Below are positions 36,050 to 48,172 of a DNA stretch of 64,000 bases, piece by piece. The position numbers and the translations under genes are program-made. Below the pieces are notes generated by a model. That model ran no database searches. It worked only from the letters and a program-made list of their open reading frames with translations, and was not told where the DNA came from. Numbering within the stretch: the stretch's first letter is position 1; the number at the start of each line of letters is the position of its first letter. Location: positions 3,847,556 through 3,911,555 of the forward strand of contig CAJINV010000009.1 in assembly GCA_905178155.1 (NCBI GenBank), given 5' to 3'. Origin of the DNA: Amoebophrya sp. A120. Lineage: Eukaryota > Protista > Dinoflagellata.

Positions 36050-39000
36050 TAGTAGTGGTGTAGTCGGAAAAATAAACGTTGACAAAACTGTAAGAAAGCC
36101 AGCCGGTTGAAACTAGAGCTTTAGTTTGTTTACATTTATTTTCTTCTTGAATCACGATAATATTCGACGCGGCGAGCTCGAGCAGCGCCGCTGTGATAGT
36201 CTTCAACTCATCTCAATCAAAATACAAATAGCAAATAAAAGAAAAGCACCAACGCTGTGCGAGTGCAATTCTAAACACCTTTTGGACTTCTTTCTAAACA
36301 GTTACTATGGTCTTAAACTACAGAAACAACTCTTGACGAAACAGTTACACTAAGGATCAAAACTTAGCGACAGCAGTTGGCTTCTTGCAAAGTCCCTACT
36401 TCGCTTCTACCTCTCCCTGCTTCTTCTAACTATCTTCGCCGCAGAGACGCGTAGCCAAAGCTTGCTACCTTTTTGCACAGAGAGGCGAGGTCGCAGCGGT
36501 GGGAATTGAGCGGGCGGGACTTGAGGAGCCACAGCTATTTCGCGGGAAAAGTAGTAGAACTTACCTCTTTTCTAAATTCTTGCAAAATAATTACCGCACA
36601 GTTGATGTTGTTAGTTTGGCACACGAGGGGGTTTTGACTGCAAAAAGCAAAACACCTGTACTTTAGTTTGTGTAGTTCTGTTTCGATGTCTTCATTGTGC
36701 CTCGTCTTGAGCCAGAAACCTCCATTCGCGATCTTTATTCAGTAAGAGAGCACGACGGCCATGGAAGATAGCAAGCTGAACTTTTTCACTTGCAGATCAT
36801 CACAATTACCTTCGTTGCCATTTAACACTCGCCGCGTTATTTGAAAGAATACCCTACACCCTATTCTTGCCTACCCTTGTCTTCTGGAACCGAAATTGAA
36901 CCCGACAAACCTTCACCCAATTTTCTTTATCTTGCATTTGAACCTGTTACCGAGCGAACAAGCACTGAGACTCCTCAATCTGTCGGCCCTACCGACAGAT
37001 CGGGGGTTGAATTCAATTTACCATTCTAGATTACCATTATGCAGAGACAACAATGAATTCTACTAGTACTAGCGTCAGAAGACGCTGACGCAGCGACTTC
37101 AATGAATCGTGGAGCGGACGACTGCCGCCCCTGCGATAGAAAAGTCTAGTATCGAAGTACGAAGCATCAGCTTCAAAGCACACACGTCAGAACAGTTTAT
37201 ATCCTTCGAGTATCCACCAAACCTAATTTTACGAAAAACAGTAGCACAACTTGAGCAGAAGTTTTCAGTGATCTTTACAATTGAGCTTTTCTTGCACTTG
37301 ACTTGACAAAAGATTATGCGGCATTATGGAAGATGAGGAAGAGTTTTCGTGGTGGAAATGAAATGCTGAAATGATTTGGAACAACTTTTGTAAAGAACGA
37401 GAGCTAAAAGCACTTGCAAGAAAGAAAAAAAGAAAATCCCAAGCTATCACGTCAGCCGGTTGTTTTCCAGAAAAGCTCAAGTGTTCGCACTGCTGCTTCG
37501 TGGTTTCTTTTGTCGTGCGTCCGACTTTTGGGTGAGTCGTGCTGTGAGCGCAATGACTTTGGTGGAAAGCGTGACCATAGTAGGCTGGGGCGCGGCGGCC
37601 TTTTCTGCGACCAGGGCAAACAATCCGCGACCAGGCCCAGAAGCCGAGCGAATACGAGCGCGGGCGCGGCCCTTCTGCTTATTTGTCTAGAAGTAGCACG
37701 CGGCGAAGCGCTAGGCCCGCCGCCAATAATCAGCGACGGGGCGAAGCGTAGGACGGGGCGCAGGGTAGCGCTCGGACCTTTGTTCTGGTTCTGTCGTGTT
37801 GCGTGTGTCGGCTGAGCCCCCGCCCGGCGCCGGATTTTGCGCGCGTTCGGCACCATTGCGCGCGCGCCGGCCTTTGCCGGCCGTAGTTTCTTTGTCCCGC
37901 CTGCGCGGCTTTCTCCGTGGCGCCGCCCGCCGGTTGGGTTTGGGTTTCCTTCCTTGGTTGCCGGCGGGCCAGCCCGCCCGCCGCGCCCGCCTGGCGTGGC
38001 GCGGCAAGCAGGAAGGGCGGCGCCGCCCCATGTGGCACAGGGAGGCAGCCCCTGCCCGGCTGCGCGAGGCGGGGGCCAGGGCAAGGGCGCACAGCTGGCG
38101 CCAAGATCAGCGCAGCCCGCGCAATCAATGGCACGGGCAAAGGTCAAGGCGATGCGGACGCGCGCCGGCGCTTGGGTTATCATCCCGATAACCAGGCGAA
38201 CGGCCGGCCGCGACCCCCCCCGCGCCCGCGCCCCCTATGCGCCTGCTTGGGGCCCCCCCTGTTTCCCCGCCATGCGGGTGGCGCGTTTGTGTGTTTCTTT
38301 GTTGGCCGGCCCGTAAGTAGTTGCGTGCCTGCTTGCTTGGCCGGCGGGCCCCGCTCTTTGCTCGCTGTCAGCCCTGGCCCCGCAGCATTGTTTCGCGGCC
38401 CCCCCCCCCGCGGCCCGCGTCTTTGGGGGTGCGTGGCCCCGTCGCGGCCGTGTTTTGCTGGTTTCTTGGTTGGCAATGCGCCGGCGGCGCTCTTGCCTCC
38501 CTGTTACGCAGACAGCGCAGGGGGTGCGCCCGCCGGCTTCCCCGTTCTTTCGGGTGGCGGCCAACTTCAGCGCCGCGATTTTCTTTTGCGAGCGCTCCGC
38601 TCGTTGTCCCCCATCTAGCGCGATGTCACGCCAGTGGATCCGGGGCCGCTCGCCCGGTGGGTTACGAACGAACGCTCGCTATCAATCTAGTGAGTGTAGT
38701 TGCCTGCCGCATTGCCATTTTTATACTATTATATATCGACAGGAGGAACCCCGCCAGGTTGTGCCTCCGAGCGAGCGATAGGACACGCCCGCCACCGTTT
38801 TTCGGTTGCTTGTTCTGACTGTATCAGCCGCGTTCGCATAATGTTCAGGCAAGATGTCTGTCGCTATATTTGTTTCCCGGTTCGGCCGGCTGGTGTGTCT
38901 GTATCTTAGGAGCTTCTGCGCGGACGGAGCCGTCCCTTGTCTATTCCGGCGGGTTTTTATCACGGAGTGAGTGTGAGCAGAAATAAAGTTAAAGATGTAG

Positions 39001-39117
39001 AAAAAAATTGTAAATCAATGTAACTTAGGTCGTCCTCGTTGACCTAGCGTTAGGTTACGAACTCAAAGGTACCACGCCGTCTGTTTCATCTACAACAAGA
39101 AAAGAACTGCATCTACA

Positions 39118-41872
39118 ATGACCTCCGGCTCCTCCTCGTCCACTCACTCCAAGTCCTACGAGGAGTACGCGAAAGAAAAGCGGGAACAGGACTGGCAGCG
39201 GAAAGTGGATGAGAAGAAAAAGAAACTAACAACCAACCAAGACCGGATCAAACAAGCGGATAGTTACAAGAAAACCGGCAATGAGAAGTTCAAATCCGGA
39301 AATCTCGACGAGGCGATTGACTACTTCCGGGAAGCCTACAACTATGTTTTCGACCTGCCCGAAACCGTGAATAAAGAGAGGTCCAAAATCGTCGTCGCTT
39401 TGTTGCTGAATTTGGCACTTTGCTACGAGAAGCAGGCGAAGAAGCTGGATTTGCGGTTGGAGAGCGAATATGAATTGCAAAAGTAACGTACTAGTATATT
39501 ATAAATTGCAATACAAATTTTCCCAAGAACAAAAATGCAATTTGTCATGCTATTTCAGGTAGAGAGTTGGATTTGTCATGCATATCTGCAATTAGTACGA
39601 GTGCGATACTTTTGCACAGGAGAGCGAAGTGAAAAAGTTCGATTGCCGGGAGTATGGTGTGGAGTTGGAGTCCAACTCTGCGGTCGTGGAGAAAAAATCT
39701 TCAAATAAAGACGAAGTACAAGTAGGTGGCACCACACCAGCTAGTAGCGGTCAACACGGAATTCATGTTCACCAACAAGAAGAGCAGCAGCGAGACCACG
39801 ACTTTCTTCTTGTCCAGAAAGAAAGAAACACCCTGTACGAAAAGATGCGGGACAAAGCGAAAGAGGCAGTGAAAATTTGCAACATCGAGCGGAACGAAGT
39901 GGAAGTCACTTTTGTTTTAAAATCGAGATTAAGGCTCGCGGTAGCTTGTGAAAAGCTCGGGGAGTTTTCCGATTCCCTCACGCAGGTGAACAAGATTATC
40001 GCCGTTGGGAAAAAGACGAAAGCTGCGGAAGGAAAGATAAAGAATGAGGAGCTGCAAGAGTACGGAAAAATCTCGGGTTTCGTCGCAGAAGCGGAAGCTA
40101 TGCTGAAAACGTTGGAGGCGCAAGCAGACGCGATGAATAAGAAAGCTGCGGTGAAGAAGGGGTTCCTTTTTTCCGGGAAGAGTAGGAGCGGTAAGATGAC
40201 TTCTGCAGGCGCGGAGGTGGAGGTCGCGTCTGCAAAGAAAGATGCAACGGCTCTAACAGCTGCGGCCGCACAGGACACGCCACCAGCCGAAGAGCCGCTG
40301 AAGGACTTCTCCCAGAAGCTGTTCACGAAGCTGAACAAAAAGACGACCAACTCCTCGTCCCTCTACGAAGAACGCGAGAAGCAAATGGAGCCGATTCGGG
40401 AGAAGATTAAGAAAGAGGACAAAGTTCTGGAGTTGGAAAGAGAACTCCACAACATCGTAGCGACAAAGGAAGCCGATAAAGCGGAAACCTTGGATGAGTA
40501 CAAGGAGCAAAAATTCAACCGGATGCTGGCCAATGAGGACCAGTTGAACGACAAGAAAATATGCATTGCAAATATGTCTGGGTCTGGAAGGTTGCAGCTG
40601 CTTGTGATGCTGTGTTTCAATTCTAGAAAAATTTGTATTGCATGACCAGCAACTACAGGAGTCCAGCGCTTGCTACGCGGAGAGGGAATTTCTCATGCGT
40701 AATAGGCATGATCAGGAAGCCCTCTAGTGCAAATCTGTGATGCTAGGTGGTCGTGCATTACAGGTATCCATCCTGGGCCATGCAAAATATGCATGACAAA
40801 CCTGGCAGACTTCCAGACCCAAACATATAATGATTTGCATCTCATAGAAAAAAGTTTTGGACAAGATCGCGTTTGATAAGGAAATATGAAATGCAAAAGC
40901 ATCGTACTAGTATAAATTGCATTACAAATAATTACATCAACATTACAAATGAGATTTGTGATGCTGTTTTACCTTCGGAAAAAGATTTGTCATGCATAAC
41001 AGCAATTACTACGAGTACGATACTTTTGCAGTGCATAGGAAATGGAAGAAGATCAAGATTGGTGGAAAAGATTGAAAAACAAGATTCACGAGAAGGACAA
41101 AGATAATAGCGGAAGTGTTGGGGATTCAGATTCTGCAGCACAACAACTGAGTACGACCCCCACTTCCTCATCAAAACCCAACAGCAGCTTTGAGTCCTAC
41201 GAGTGCGACCGCATGGTCAGACACCGGTTGAAGGATATTTTTCTCGGCGTCGCAATTGAGGCGGAGGAGAACATGGACTTAAAGGAGATTCAACAACTTG
41301 TCGATCCGAACACCACCGCGCTGGACTTAGTTAAACACGAGGAAGAGCAGAATCAGTATTGTTTCAAAACCCTCATCACCAACATCGACATCAAGTCTGG
41401 TGATTGCGGGATCTTCCGCACGGCGAAACACAACTACATCGCCGGTTTGAAACCTTTCTTCTACTTCGAATTCAACTTTGAACTGCAGTGGGAGGTGGTG
41501 GTAGGGAGAAGGAACGAGCAGAGTTATCAAACCGGGAAGGACATTATGAAGAAAGTCGCGAGTTCCTACCGGGAAGAGGCTTCGTCGGAGGAACAGAAAA
41601 AAACTGGTTCCGGGTTTTGTGACGCGCCCAGCACGTTTGCGAAGGGGCAGGCGATCTCCTTCGGGAAATTGGAGGTGTTGGATTTTAGCTCAGATGAATA
41701 TGGGAAATGGGACGAGGAAGCTTTAGTCGTGCGTAAAGTTGTGGAGAAGGATAAAATTTTAGGTGGGGTGAAAGTTGAGAAAAATTGTGCAAGATTAGTT
41801 TCAGAGATGGAAAAAGTGGTAAAAAGAAGACTGGGCAAGTTCGTGAAAGAGTTTCAAAATATCGAGTTGTGA
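39118..41872 (+). CDS. TPR plus Aha1-N-like protein, putative Hsp90 co-chaperone (~714 aa)
   Basis: Exons 39118-39468, 39629-40559, 40852-40884, 41043-41872. TPR: YKKTGNEKFKSGNLDEAIDYFREAY...LLLNLALCY. C-terminus ITNIDIKSGDC...FFYFEFNFELQW...GKLEVLDFSSDE...LGKFVKEF resembles Aha1-N. Confidence 0.75.
39469..39623. mobile_element. Introner family B (end ATA changed to AGA)
   Basis: GCGAA/GCGAA; join ESEVKK. Confidence 0.9.
40560..40846. mobile_element. Introner family A
   Basis: GAAAA/GAAAA; join DKKKVL; interior like 23111 and 50384. Confidence 0.9.
40885..41037. mobile_element. Introner family B
   Basis: GGAAA/GGAAA; join DKEMEE. Confidence 0.92.
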
Positions 41873-42593
41873 TGAAGGACAGTTGTATAAAAAAAGCGTG
41901 TCCTCGTTGTACGACGAGGAGCAGCCATATTGTTGTTCGCAGGCGACGGCGATAGTCGACGAAAAGTCCATCGTGGCCAGCGATGATGTTTCCTCCTAGT
42001 ATTGGAACGCCGCTCCGACTCCGCTCCTGTTCAAGAATAAAATTTGCAGAAAGATAAATCGTGAGACAGTCCCGGGGCTGGACGACGTAGTTGCACACTT
42101 ATCAAGAACATATCCTTGAGTGGTCGAGGTCGACGTCGATTAGTTACTACTACGTAGTTTCCTTTTACTGACGAGACTCGAGCTTCTTGGGCACGAAGAT
42201 CACGAGAAAAGTACATACAGGAGATCCCAGTCGTGTCCTCAGCCATCGATCGTTGCTTGTCATCTTCTGCTCACCAAGAGATGAGACGTGCTCCTACTTC
42301 TAGAAGTAACATCGAAGATTTCCTCCACTTTCTCTTTCAGGTCCTCACTTTTTAGCAAGCTGCGTATTACCTCGCTCCCGTCTGCCCCATGATCAGTCTA
42401 ATTAAGCATCCTGCTATTGAAATAAACGTATCGTTGAATTTTCCCTCCTAGCCACCTGCAGTGTGCGTGTTTTTTTCAGTATTTGTACTGCACCCGGTCA
42501 GCGTGATGTAAATTCTGAATCTGAGTTGTTCGGCTTTATCAGCCTGATTATTTGACGCACAATGTAAAAACGCGGCGAAACAATAAAATCAAA

Positions 42594-45500
42594 ATGCCCC
42601 CTCCTAAGCAGAAGATCCGTGTTGCCTGCAAGCGGCCGAACCTGATCGGAGAGGAAAAGGAAGTTCTCATCGCCGCAAAACCGACCACCAAACTGGAGAA
42701 AGTCGTCCGCTCCTGGTGCCAAAACGTCGATCCAGAGTGTGTCTTCGAGGAACACTGGTTTTTCGTCGAACAAAGTGGAACTGGCAAGAACGCGACAAAG
42801 ACTGCTGCAGACGGTGGTGGAACAAATGCTCCTCCACCAAGATGGACGTTCTTGGACTACGAAAAAAAGGATTTCGAGAAGGGCCCGGGGGATTTTCTGG
42901 AGCCAGATCAAACAGAACTGTTCCAGCAACAAGATGGGACTTCTACCGTGGCAGATGAGGAAAATCTTCCGAGGATAGAAGTTCTCGCTTTCAAAAAGCG
43001 AAAGGTCTCGCTGACGGCCAAAGCGGATCTACTATGGGGATTACTTTGCGACGATGGGAAATCTTCGCACACGCCACGCGGAGATGGGGCGGAGAAGGCG
43101 CAGGTGGAAGAGGAGTTTCAGCGACGGAAAACTGCGCTTACGCAGAAGCTGGAGGAGAAGTTTCCGGGATTTGAAATTCGGAAAGCAGCGGCTTCATCAA
43201 GCGGAGGTCCTCAACAGCAGCCGAATTTGAATTCTCTCGCAAGCTTGGAAGTCACCACACCTGTCGACCCGTTGACATGTTGCATCGACCCAACTTCTAT
43301 CCACAGTAAATTTATTCCCGTACTACACGTACAGATTCAGTCTCTGCATGACAAAACTTGGCGTCGATCCTAGTTTAGCATGACAAGTTTTGCGCTCGTC
43401 CAAATTAGTGAAATTTGTGATGCATGTTGTACATTTACGGGAAAATTTGTATTGCATAACTTCGATCGACGAGTATGGCAACGTTGATTTGCAAAACCCG
43501 AACGGGTCGCAGCTTATCCTGTGCAAAAGTATCGTACTCGTAGTAATTGCGTTTATGCATTACAAATATCTTTTTCAACGTAAATCAGCATTACAAATTT
43601 AATTTGTAATGCTGGGCTAATTTGTAATGCAATTTATACTAGTGCGATGCTTTTGCAATTCATACAACTCATCTACTTGCTGAAGCAGTGGTTCCTGTCC
43701 ATCTTCAAAAAGCCCTACCGGCCGTTTTTCACCTTCGAGGGGATGATTTGTGATGCTACAGAAGGAGCGAGAAGTTCAATTCTCAGCCTGGGGAAAGTGT
43801 CCGCGAGCGAGATTCTGAACGCGAACGGGAACAAAGCTTCGTCGGGTGGAGGTGGAACTACAGGCTCATCTAGTAGCACCAGCAAGCCCGACCGAGTAAA
43901 GCCCTGGGTCGGCGCTCTGCAGCGGAACATCGACAACCAGAAGGACGAACAGCAGTTACTGATAAGATGCGACACGCCGAAGTTAAGGTTGTGCTTGAAC
44001 AACAAAAAAATCACCATTCTGCCGCAACAAAGAGTACACCAGGTGAAACAGGGCTTGGTGCAAATCCGCATGGCCAATCCAGGGAGCAAGCTGTTCGCGC
44101 AACAAGCGGGTGGAGGTGTTGTTGCTGTTGGAGAACAAGCAGGCCAAGGAGCCATCAAGCCATCGATAGAAATGGACGAGGCAGAGACGATCGGTAGCTA
44201 CTGCGTGAACGAAGCGTGTACATCACTCAGCGAGCTACTGCATGTGTCCGTCGTGGATGATCAAAAACCGAAAGTAGCTGAGCCGCCACCACCACGTCCT
44301 CCGATTTCCACCCCGGTGCAAGCGCAACATCAAAGCGGGCCTTCTACGAAACCCCCTGTGCCTGTGGAGGTCCACATTAGTGGCCCGGCGCGCAAAAGCG
44401 AATCGTCCGTACCCAGGCGAGCTGCTGCACCAAGCGGCCAAATTGTGCCACCCGTAGTTGCGCCAAAACCTGCTGCGCCAACTGCAGCCGCAGTCGAGCG
44501 ACACGAAGTACCTTCGACACGAATAAAGCAGGAGGAGCCGCAGGAAAAACAAAAAACCGCTGTCCCAGACGAGAAAGAGAATCGTAGCACGCCAAATGCA
44601 AATGCTGCACCAGGACGACATCCGCAGCAACAAAACGCTAAACGAAGGCGGTCAGTGTCGCAGAATGACCGTAGTAAAGCCGAAGAGGAAGAAGCGAGTC
44701 AGATATCAAACAAGAATCTCCCGGCGGGGGCAAAAAAGCAACCTAAACTCGACCCCCTGGTGGAATGGCAGCAGGCGCACCGGGTACATGCGTCGAACGA
44801 GAGAGCAAGTCGGCACTTCAACAGGATGCAGCGATTTAGGGCCGCAGCTGGGGACGATGATGGGGAAGATCATGATGAGCAACAAGAGGGCACCGAAGCA
44901 GTTGCTGGCTCCCAGCAGGGAGACGCGTCGCCGAAGCGTCAGGCAACCCCTGGAGATCAACATCTCCAAGACGAAACTCCGATCGACTTCAACCCGGACC
45001 GGCGGGAAGCAGTAGAAGCACAACAGGAGCAGGAAAGCGTCAACATCAAATCAGAACAGGTTTACATCAAGGGCGAGCAAATAAACCTTTCGCCGCGCCA
45101 TCGCACCGCCAGCAGTGTCAGTGCGGTTAGTCGGAGAAGCAGAAGTGCGCCTGAAGGATCTTCTGCAGCCGCTGTTGATCAACAAGAAGATATCAACAGC
45201 CACGACCAAGAAACCGACTTCGCCCTCGCCTCCAGCCTCCAGCTACGGCAGTCGAAGAGGCGGAAAGTGGTGGAATTTGGCGGCGTGAAAGTCGGCGTTG
45301 CCACGGAGCTCGCTTACAAACCGGGGTACAGCGAGCTACACGACTTGGACAGCGATTTTTTGTCGGAGAGCGAAGGAGCTGGTGAAGATTCTTCAGAAGA
45401 TGGCGATGAAAACAATCTCGACGATGATGATGAAGACTACTCGGAGAAGGTTCGTAGACGAGCAAAAAATCCACGAGCAAAGGGATCACGTAACAGCAGT

Positions 45501-47261
45501 GGTGGCGGGGGAACAAGGCGGGTGGCTAAACCCAAGAAGCCGAAGCAGAAAGCCGCGCCCAAGCCGAAGAAAAAAACGAAGAAACAGCTGGCGGATATGA
45601 ACTGCAAAAGTATCGTACTCGTATAAATGCATCACAAATCTCCTCAGCATGAGAAACAAAATTTGTAATGCGGGTTTGCCTTAAAATCAAGATTTGTCAT
45701 GCATGATTGCAATACGAATACGATACTTTTGCACAGGATAGCGGAAGAGCAAAAGCAATTGATGGAACGTATGGAAGCGTCAGGTTTGAAATCGACAAAG
45801 TTGAAATAATTTGTAATGCATAAAATGCATGACCCGAGGTACGTGTGTTGCAGAGCAGGCAAGTGAGACCGACTGTAAGGCTGTTTGGGGCTACAGCTCG
45901 AGCTGCTAAGGTAGCATGAGAAAATCACTCTTCTTTGCCTAAACAGCATGACAAACTGGATTTAGGGACCGCCGAAATTTGTCATGCGCCACTTGGAAAC
46001 TGGGTTCCAACTAGCATCCATTTTATGCATGACAAATTATTTCAATTTTGTCGATTTCAACTGTGACACATCCATAGAACGGGATCTGGATTTACTCTTA
46101 GAGGAGCACAACCAGGAAATTTTGTCGAAACAAAACAGCTCGGCGTCCAGTGGGATAATAAACCAGGATGGCGGTGGAGTAAAAACTGACGCATTGCGCC
46201 GTCCTGGAGGTGGCATAGCAGCATTCCAGCAAGAACCTCCCCCGGCGCATGAACATGAACATGATCAACAACAAGCGCACCACCCTCAGCCCGATGTTTT
46301 GCCGGGAGCAGACCCGCAGGAGTTCAACCTCTTTCAAGATCTGGATGATGCAGGGTTTGATGCTTTGCAGCAGGAAGGCACTGCTTCGAATCCCAATGCG
46401 CCAATTGGTAGTGGTACTGCAGCTGCCAACACTAATTCCGCCGCAATAGATGCGTTTTTCCGCGAGGAGATCCCTCCGTCTAACGACATCTTCGTGGAGA
46501 ATCAAAATCGGAATCATCAGGAACAGCAAGAATCCAACTCCAAATCACCTTCACCACCCGGGGGCGGGAGCGGGCCCCCTCCCAGCAGGCGGAGGCTGCA
46601 TAAGTTGCACCAGCAGCTGCAGCGAGAGGAGGTATTTCAGAGTCAGCAAAATCCTGCACCTCCTCCTCCGAGAGCAGGAGGAAGGCCAAATACGAGGACA
46701 CGCCGCGTCGCAGAGCGATATTTGAACCAGGACACATTTGAAGAGATGGACCGGGATGCCGTGGAACAAATTCAGATCCAAAGTACAGCGGTACAGACTG
46801 TCGCAGCGACGTCTACCGCTTCCGGCACGAGGACTCCATCAGGTTCAAGGAATACAGCGAGGAGAAGCAAGAAAGTGGACGTCGTGAGCCAGCGCGAAGC
46901 GTTGGAACTTGCCATGGCATTGTCGCTGTCAATGGCGGAATCTGCTGCTGCGCCAGAACCAGAACCACCTCTGGCGGCGAATGCGAATGGAAACGGAAGC
47001 AGTTCTTCCTCGTCTAGTAGCAGTACGAATAACAACGCCGTTGGAGGAGGTGGTGCCGCTGGTGCTGGATATCCACCTGTTCTTTTTGCGCCTCCTGCCC
47101 CAGATCAGGAGTCAGGAAACCAAATGACGACAAAAGTTGGAGACGCCGCAGCTGCGCGAGACGACGACGACGACGACGACGGACAATTGGCAGAGAATCA
47201 GTTTCAAGATGATGAGGATGATTTGGAGGATCTAGAAGTTGATGGGGCACTGTACAGCTGA
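42594..47261 (+). CDS. Hypothetical protein with possible N-terminal ubiquitin-like fold and UIM-like motif (~1294 aa)
   Basis: Exons 42594-43297, 43464-43514, 43670-45595, 45746-45769, 46082-47261 in frame; KIRVACK...KPTTKLEKVVRSWC (SUMO/UBL-like, weak); EALELAMALSLSMAE (UIM-like). Confidence 0.75.
43298..43458. mobile_element. Introner family E
   Basis: ACTTC/ACTTC; join PTSIDEY. Confidence 0.92.
43515..43664. mobile_element. Introner family B
   Basis: CAGCT/CAACT; join SQLIYL. Confidence 0.9.
45596..45740. mobile_element. Introner family B
   Basis: GCGGA/GCGGA; join LAEEQK. Confidence 0.93.
45770..46076. mobile_element. Introner family C
   Basis: GAACG/GAACG; join MERDLD. Confidence 0.94.
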
Positions 47262-48172
47262 TTTGTCCGGTTTTTCAATTGTTCAGCTTGCGAGGCATAC
47301 TTACTGTTCGTAGAACGCATTCGCGTTTACTACGAACTCCACCATCTGTAAGATAAAGATCTAGATCAATCGAAAGCGACTTTAATGATTACAGGTTGAG
47401 CTCACTCGAGTTTCGTAACGCACAATACATAGCACTCAACACAGCGTTGGTTTCAGATTCAGGGAAGCACGCCATGAGCGCAGTTCGCTTTCCTGCGTGT
47501 GATGGTGTAACTCATGTCTAGATACAGGATGTGACTTTTTGTTCGACACAGGATGAACTTCCGATCTGTGTTGGAACCCGCTAAATGTCTTCGTGATTAA
47601 GAGACTCGTCTACTTACTTGCTAAAAATGGACTGTCGGTGGGTCGGTCGCTGGGGATGAACAAGGGAAGCTGTAACTGTATCCTCCTCATTTTGTGATAG
47701 TAAGAATAACCAAGAAGACCACAACATGGATAAAGCTTCCACTAAAAAAATCTATTCCTATCGGTACCTTTGTCAGTGCAGCTTGTGGATTTTCTGCCTT
47801 CGTGTCGTGGGTTGTTTTTCTCCAACGTAGCAGGGCTGAGTTCGTGGGACAGGAAGATCACGATGTAGTAGTTGACGAAAGAAGTGATCTCTCTGGGGGG
47901 CTAGTACTATGTCTATGTTTGTGTTTTTCTGATGGGTCGGTATGTAACTGTCTATGTTGTTCGCCTATGTAGTACCTGAGAAGAACAGCAAGGCCAAAAG
48001 CGAAGTCAAATTTTGCCAAACACCAGAGCACCTTGCGCCGTTTTTTTCTTCAACGCGGGGCTGCTAAAAATAACCGATGCTGTAGTGACAAGCATCCATT
48101 ACTAGTTCAGAAGGGGTGCTGCGCTTTGGTATCCAATTCCAACTAGTTAGAAGCCACAAGAAAAAAGCACTC

